Shown here piece by piece: positions 32,021 to 34,175 of a stretch of DNA of 34,175 nucleotides. The position numbers and the translations under genes are program-made. This DNA is from Clostridiales bacterium (GTDB lineage: Bacteria; Bacillota; Sulfobacillia; UBA995). The notes under the pieces were generated by a model. That model was not told the DNA's origin and made no database searches. It worked only from the letters and a program-made list of their open reading frames with translations. Numbering within the stretch: position 1 is the first letter of the stretch; each line of letters starts with the position of its first letter. The stretch is from positions 1 to 34,175 of the forward strand of contig DOZU01000239.1 in the NCBI GenBank assembly GCA_003517845.1, read 5' to 3'.

Positions 32021-32262
32021 GGCTGCGTCCCTCCTGAAGGTGTAACCAGAGGGAAGTTCAGCTGCTTAGTCCTTCCTGCCGGCTCCCAAACCCGGAGCCA
32101 GGCGGCCAGACGCGCTTCCAGCAGCTTGAGAGGCTCTCGCATTGTCCGGAGCTGCTGCGTTTCGCCTTCGGAACTGGCCTGCAGGGCCTGCCCAATAGCG
32201 TCGTCTATCAGTTGCACTTGCCGCAAGGCCTCGCGGCAGTCTGCCTCTCGGAGCAGGTTCAT
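32017..32262 (-). CDS. Small helical protein (81 aa)
   Basis: ATG 32262 lies 9 nt behind AGGAGG and overlaps the upstream stop (TGATG). Product MNLLREADCREALRQVQLIDDAIGQALQASSEGETQQLRTMREPLKLLEARL... Confidence 0.6.
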   Translation of the reverse strand: MNLLREADCREALRQVQLIDDAIGQALQASSEGETQQLRTMREPLKLLEARLAAWLRVWEPAGRTKQLNFPLVTPSGGTQP

Positions 32263-33356
32263 CAAAGCATCCCTCCTGAAGGGGTCGTGCTGAGGCGTAG
32301 AAGCCGAAGGGGGGCGGGGGCGTCCGGTCCGGGGGGGCTCCCCGCAGGGACGAGGTACCAGAGCCAGTCGCGAGGGCCGACGGCGGCGCCGAGGCTTCGG
32401 GCCCAGGCGGGGCTGGAAACCAAGGCGAATATGCCGGAGCAGCCAAGAGCGCGCAGTGCGTCGAGCGTCACTTCGTCTTTCAAGAAGAGCAGGGCGCGGA
32501 GGTCGGCAGCCCGCAGGTCGATGGCAAGGAAGGACGAGGCGCGACCGCGCAGAACGTGACCCCCGGGACAGCCGGGCACGGGGCGTTCCAGCACGGCACC
32601 CCCGAGAAAACCGCCGACAGCCTCGGCCAAGGATTCGCCGAGGCGAGGCACGCCGGCCAGGAGGCCGAGGGCGGAGAGGCCGTCCTCGGGCACGAAACAC
32701 CAGCGGGCACGCTTGCGGAAGGGCCGCACGGCGGCGATTGCCCCGGAGAAGTCGGGATAGCTGACGGAGGAACCACGGCCCAACACCAACGCGAAGGAGG
32801 CGTCGGAGGGGAAAAGGGGATGGACGGCGCACGACCAGAGACGGAAGACGCGCGTAGCCTGCGCGGCAGAAAAGGCGGTGCCGCAAAGCCACCGGCCGGA
32901 AGCCGGAGGGAGGCCCCGGACGCCGCAGAGAAAACCAGGAAGGCGCGGCGGCACAAGCTCGGCGGCGAAGTCGGGCATATCGTCCCAGAAGACGAACCGG
33001 CTGCCGGCGCCGCGCTCGGCGAGCACGACGAAGATTTCGGAAGCGATGCAGTGAGCAAGCAGGCTGTGATCGCCACGCAGCAACGGGCGCGAACGGGCGG
33101 GGACGAGACCGGGAGCCGGGAAGACGAGGTGCTGCCGGCGGTCGGTGTCCTGGGGACGCACCTGAATCAAACCCTGCCCAGACAACTCTCTAACGGCTAT
33201 GCGCGCGGCACGCTCGCTCAGGGGCCGACCGTCTTCGACGGCCACAAGACGCTGGAAGGGCCCCAGCTCGGAGACGCTCAGGCGGACAAGGTGCTTGACT
33301 GCGGCGGGAACAAGCCCGGAACGCGAGGGCTTGAGCCGAACACGAGAAACCGGCAT
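32262..33356 (-). CDS. Replication-relaxation-family-like wHTH protein (364 aa)
   Basis: Lies within ORF 32262..33641. Start moved to ATG 33356 behind GAAGGAGGG. N-terminal wHTH (SERAARIAVRELSGQGLIQVRP), then DHSLLAHCIASEIFVVLAE, as in Replic_Relax proteins. Confidence 0.55.
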   Translation of the reverse strand: MPVSRVRLKPSRSGLVPAAVKHLVRLSVSELGPFQRLVAVEDGRPLSERAARIAVRELSGQGLIQVRPQDTDRRQHLVFPAPGLVPARSRPLLRGDHSLLAHCIASEIFVVLAERGAGSRFVFWDDMPDFAAELVPPRLPGFLCGVRGLPPASGRWLCGTAFSAAQATRVFRLWSCAVHPLFPSDASFALVLGRGSSVSYPDFSGAIAAVRPFRKRARWCFVPEDGLSALGLLAGVPRLGESLAEAVGGFLGGAVLERPVPGCPGGHVLRGRASSFLAIDLRAADLRALLFLKDEVTLDALRALGCSGIFALVSSPAWARSLGAAVGPRDWLWYLVPAGSPPGPDAPAPLRLLRLSTTPSGGML

Positions 33357-33408
33357 GAAGGCCAACCCTCCTTCGCGGGAGCAAGAGTGCGCTCGCGGCC
33401 GAACACGG

Positions 33409-33831
33409 TCAGGTCGTTTGCTCAAGATAGGCGCGGCGCGAGAGGCTGTCGGCCTGGACGTTCTGTTCCCGCGGAACCCAAACCAGGCGAAGGCGCTGGA
33501 ACCTTGATAGAAAGGCACGAGCGCGGTCGTATAGCGGCCGTATCCGCTCGGAACGCACGGCGTACTCGCCGGAAAGCTGGCAGACCACGAGGCGGCTATC
33601 GGATCGCAACTCGACGGGCTCGCCCGCATAACCGCTCGCAAAAAGCCACTGGAGAGCTTCGATTACGGCCTGGTATTCGGCCACGTTATTGGTGGCGGAC
33701 GGGCCCTCCACAACCCGGCCCCAACCTTCGTCGACCTTGATCCCGTCCCGGTAGGCGACCCAACCGTAACAAGCAATGCCGCCGGGATTCACCGGCTCGC
33801 AAAGACCGTCGGTCCACACCACGATGCCCAT
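33409..33831 (-). CDS. rnhA: Ribonuclease HI
   Basis: ATG 33831 lies behind GGGAGGG. DEDD catalytic pattern: VVWTDG, TNNVAEYQAVIEAL, LRSDSRLVV, NVQADSL. Confidence 0.9.
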   Translation of the reverse strand: MGIVVWTDGLCEPVNPGGIACYGWVAYRDGIKVDEGWGRVVEGPSATNNVAEYQAVIEALQWLFASGYAGEPVELRSDSRLVVCQLSGEYAVRSERIRPLYDRARAFLSRFQRLRLVWVPREQNVQADSLSRRAYLEQTT

Positions 33832-33869
33832 GAAATGCGCCCTCCCCCCCTAGCTGCTCCCAACGCACC

Positions 33870-33910
33870 CCGGTCTGCTTTGGCGCCCGCAGGCGCCGTC
33901 AGCAGCCCGG
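33870..33910. repeat. 41-nt imperfect palindromic hairpin, copy 1
   Basis: CCGGTCTGCTTTGGCGCCCGCAGGCGCCGTCAGCAGCCCGG. It recurs at 34029..34069 with three substitutions. Confidence 0.6.
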
Positions 33911-34028
33911 AACCCGCACGCGAAAACCCCGCATAATAGCCGCTTGGAAAGCCGTATGGATCCACGCCTTTCCCGGATATGAAAACCCACGCAACACCAA
34001 CCAGACCAGCTCTCGGTCCCGGCCTGCT

Positions 34029-34069
34029 TTGGCGCCTGCAGGCGCCGTCAGCAGACCGGGACCTTCCCC
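34029..34069. repeat. 41-nt imperfect palindromic hairpin, copy 2
   Basis: CCGGCCTGCTTTGGCGCCTGCAGGCGCCGTCAGCAGACCGG. It contains the perfect 16-bp palindrome GGCGCCTGCAGGCGCC and starts 159 bp after copy 1. Confidence 0.6.
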
Positions 34070-34175
34070 GGGGGCTCCGCCCCCGGCACCCCCCCAGGGG
34101 CCTTGCCCCTACCACCCCTCGAAAAATAGGGACGACGCCACTCGCGACAAGCGCTCGTGTAATCCCCAAGCGAAA

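Noticed and set aside
1-34175. Search for CRISPR arrays, tRNA/rRNA genes, integrase/att sites, and transposase or IS termini.
   Set aside because: No regularly spaced short repeats, cloverleaf-compatible segments or recombinase motifs were seen by eye on either strand. The only repeat families found are those reported above.

Overview
This 34.2-kb window is visibly high in G+C and reads as the interior of a mobile genetic element, a hybrid of phage-like and ICE/plasmid-like modules, not core chromosome. All functional calls come from reading motifs by eye; no database search was possible.

Almost every credible gene is on the minus strand. The genes sit in long operons with strong GGAGG-type ribosome-binding sites and frequent GTGA/ATGA/TTGA start-stop overlaps. 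From right to left:
1. 33831-27704: RNase HI, a replication-relaxation-like wHTH protein, a VirD4/TraD-type coupling ATPase, and unknown and Cys-rich proteins.
2. 24549-27601, plus strand, lower G+C: a type II R-M cassette with a Zn-ribbon/DUF1156-type adenine methylase and a PD-ExK nuclease.
3. 24183-19787: a CPBP intramembrane protease, a membrane-anchored NERD nuclease, two unknowns, a triple-S1 RNA-binding protein and a wHTH protein.
4. 19462-11055: an 11-gene accessory operon with a RavA/ViaA-like AAA+/VWA pair, a nucleoside-deoxyribosyltransferase-like protein, zinc-ribbon proteins and a paralogous pair.
5. 10532-2870: a phage-type replication/recombination operon with a RecT-like annealing protein, a primase fused in frame to an SSB, a Cas4-like exonuclease, a one-domain beta-clamp-like protein, a rhomboid protease and a family-A polymerase.
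6. 823-3010, plus strand: a second R-M cassette.

I saw no capsid, tail, terminase, lysis, integrase, rRNA, tRNA or CRISPR features.

The most unusual signals are:
- A ~158-nt highly structured leader occurs in two ~96% identical copies immediately upstream of operons 4 and 5. Its 3' helix buries the Shine-Dalgarno sequence.
- A series of terminator-like intercistronic hairpin modules lies inside those same operons. Together with the leader this suggests a put-like processive antitermination or riboregulatory circuit.
- The CPBP-NERD operon next to an R-M island is a candidate defence module.
- A mobile-element-borne RavA/ViaA-like cassette is present.
- There are several unusual replication-protein architectures.
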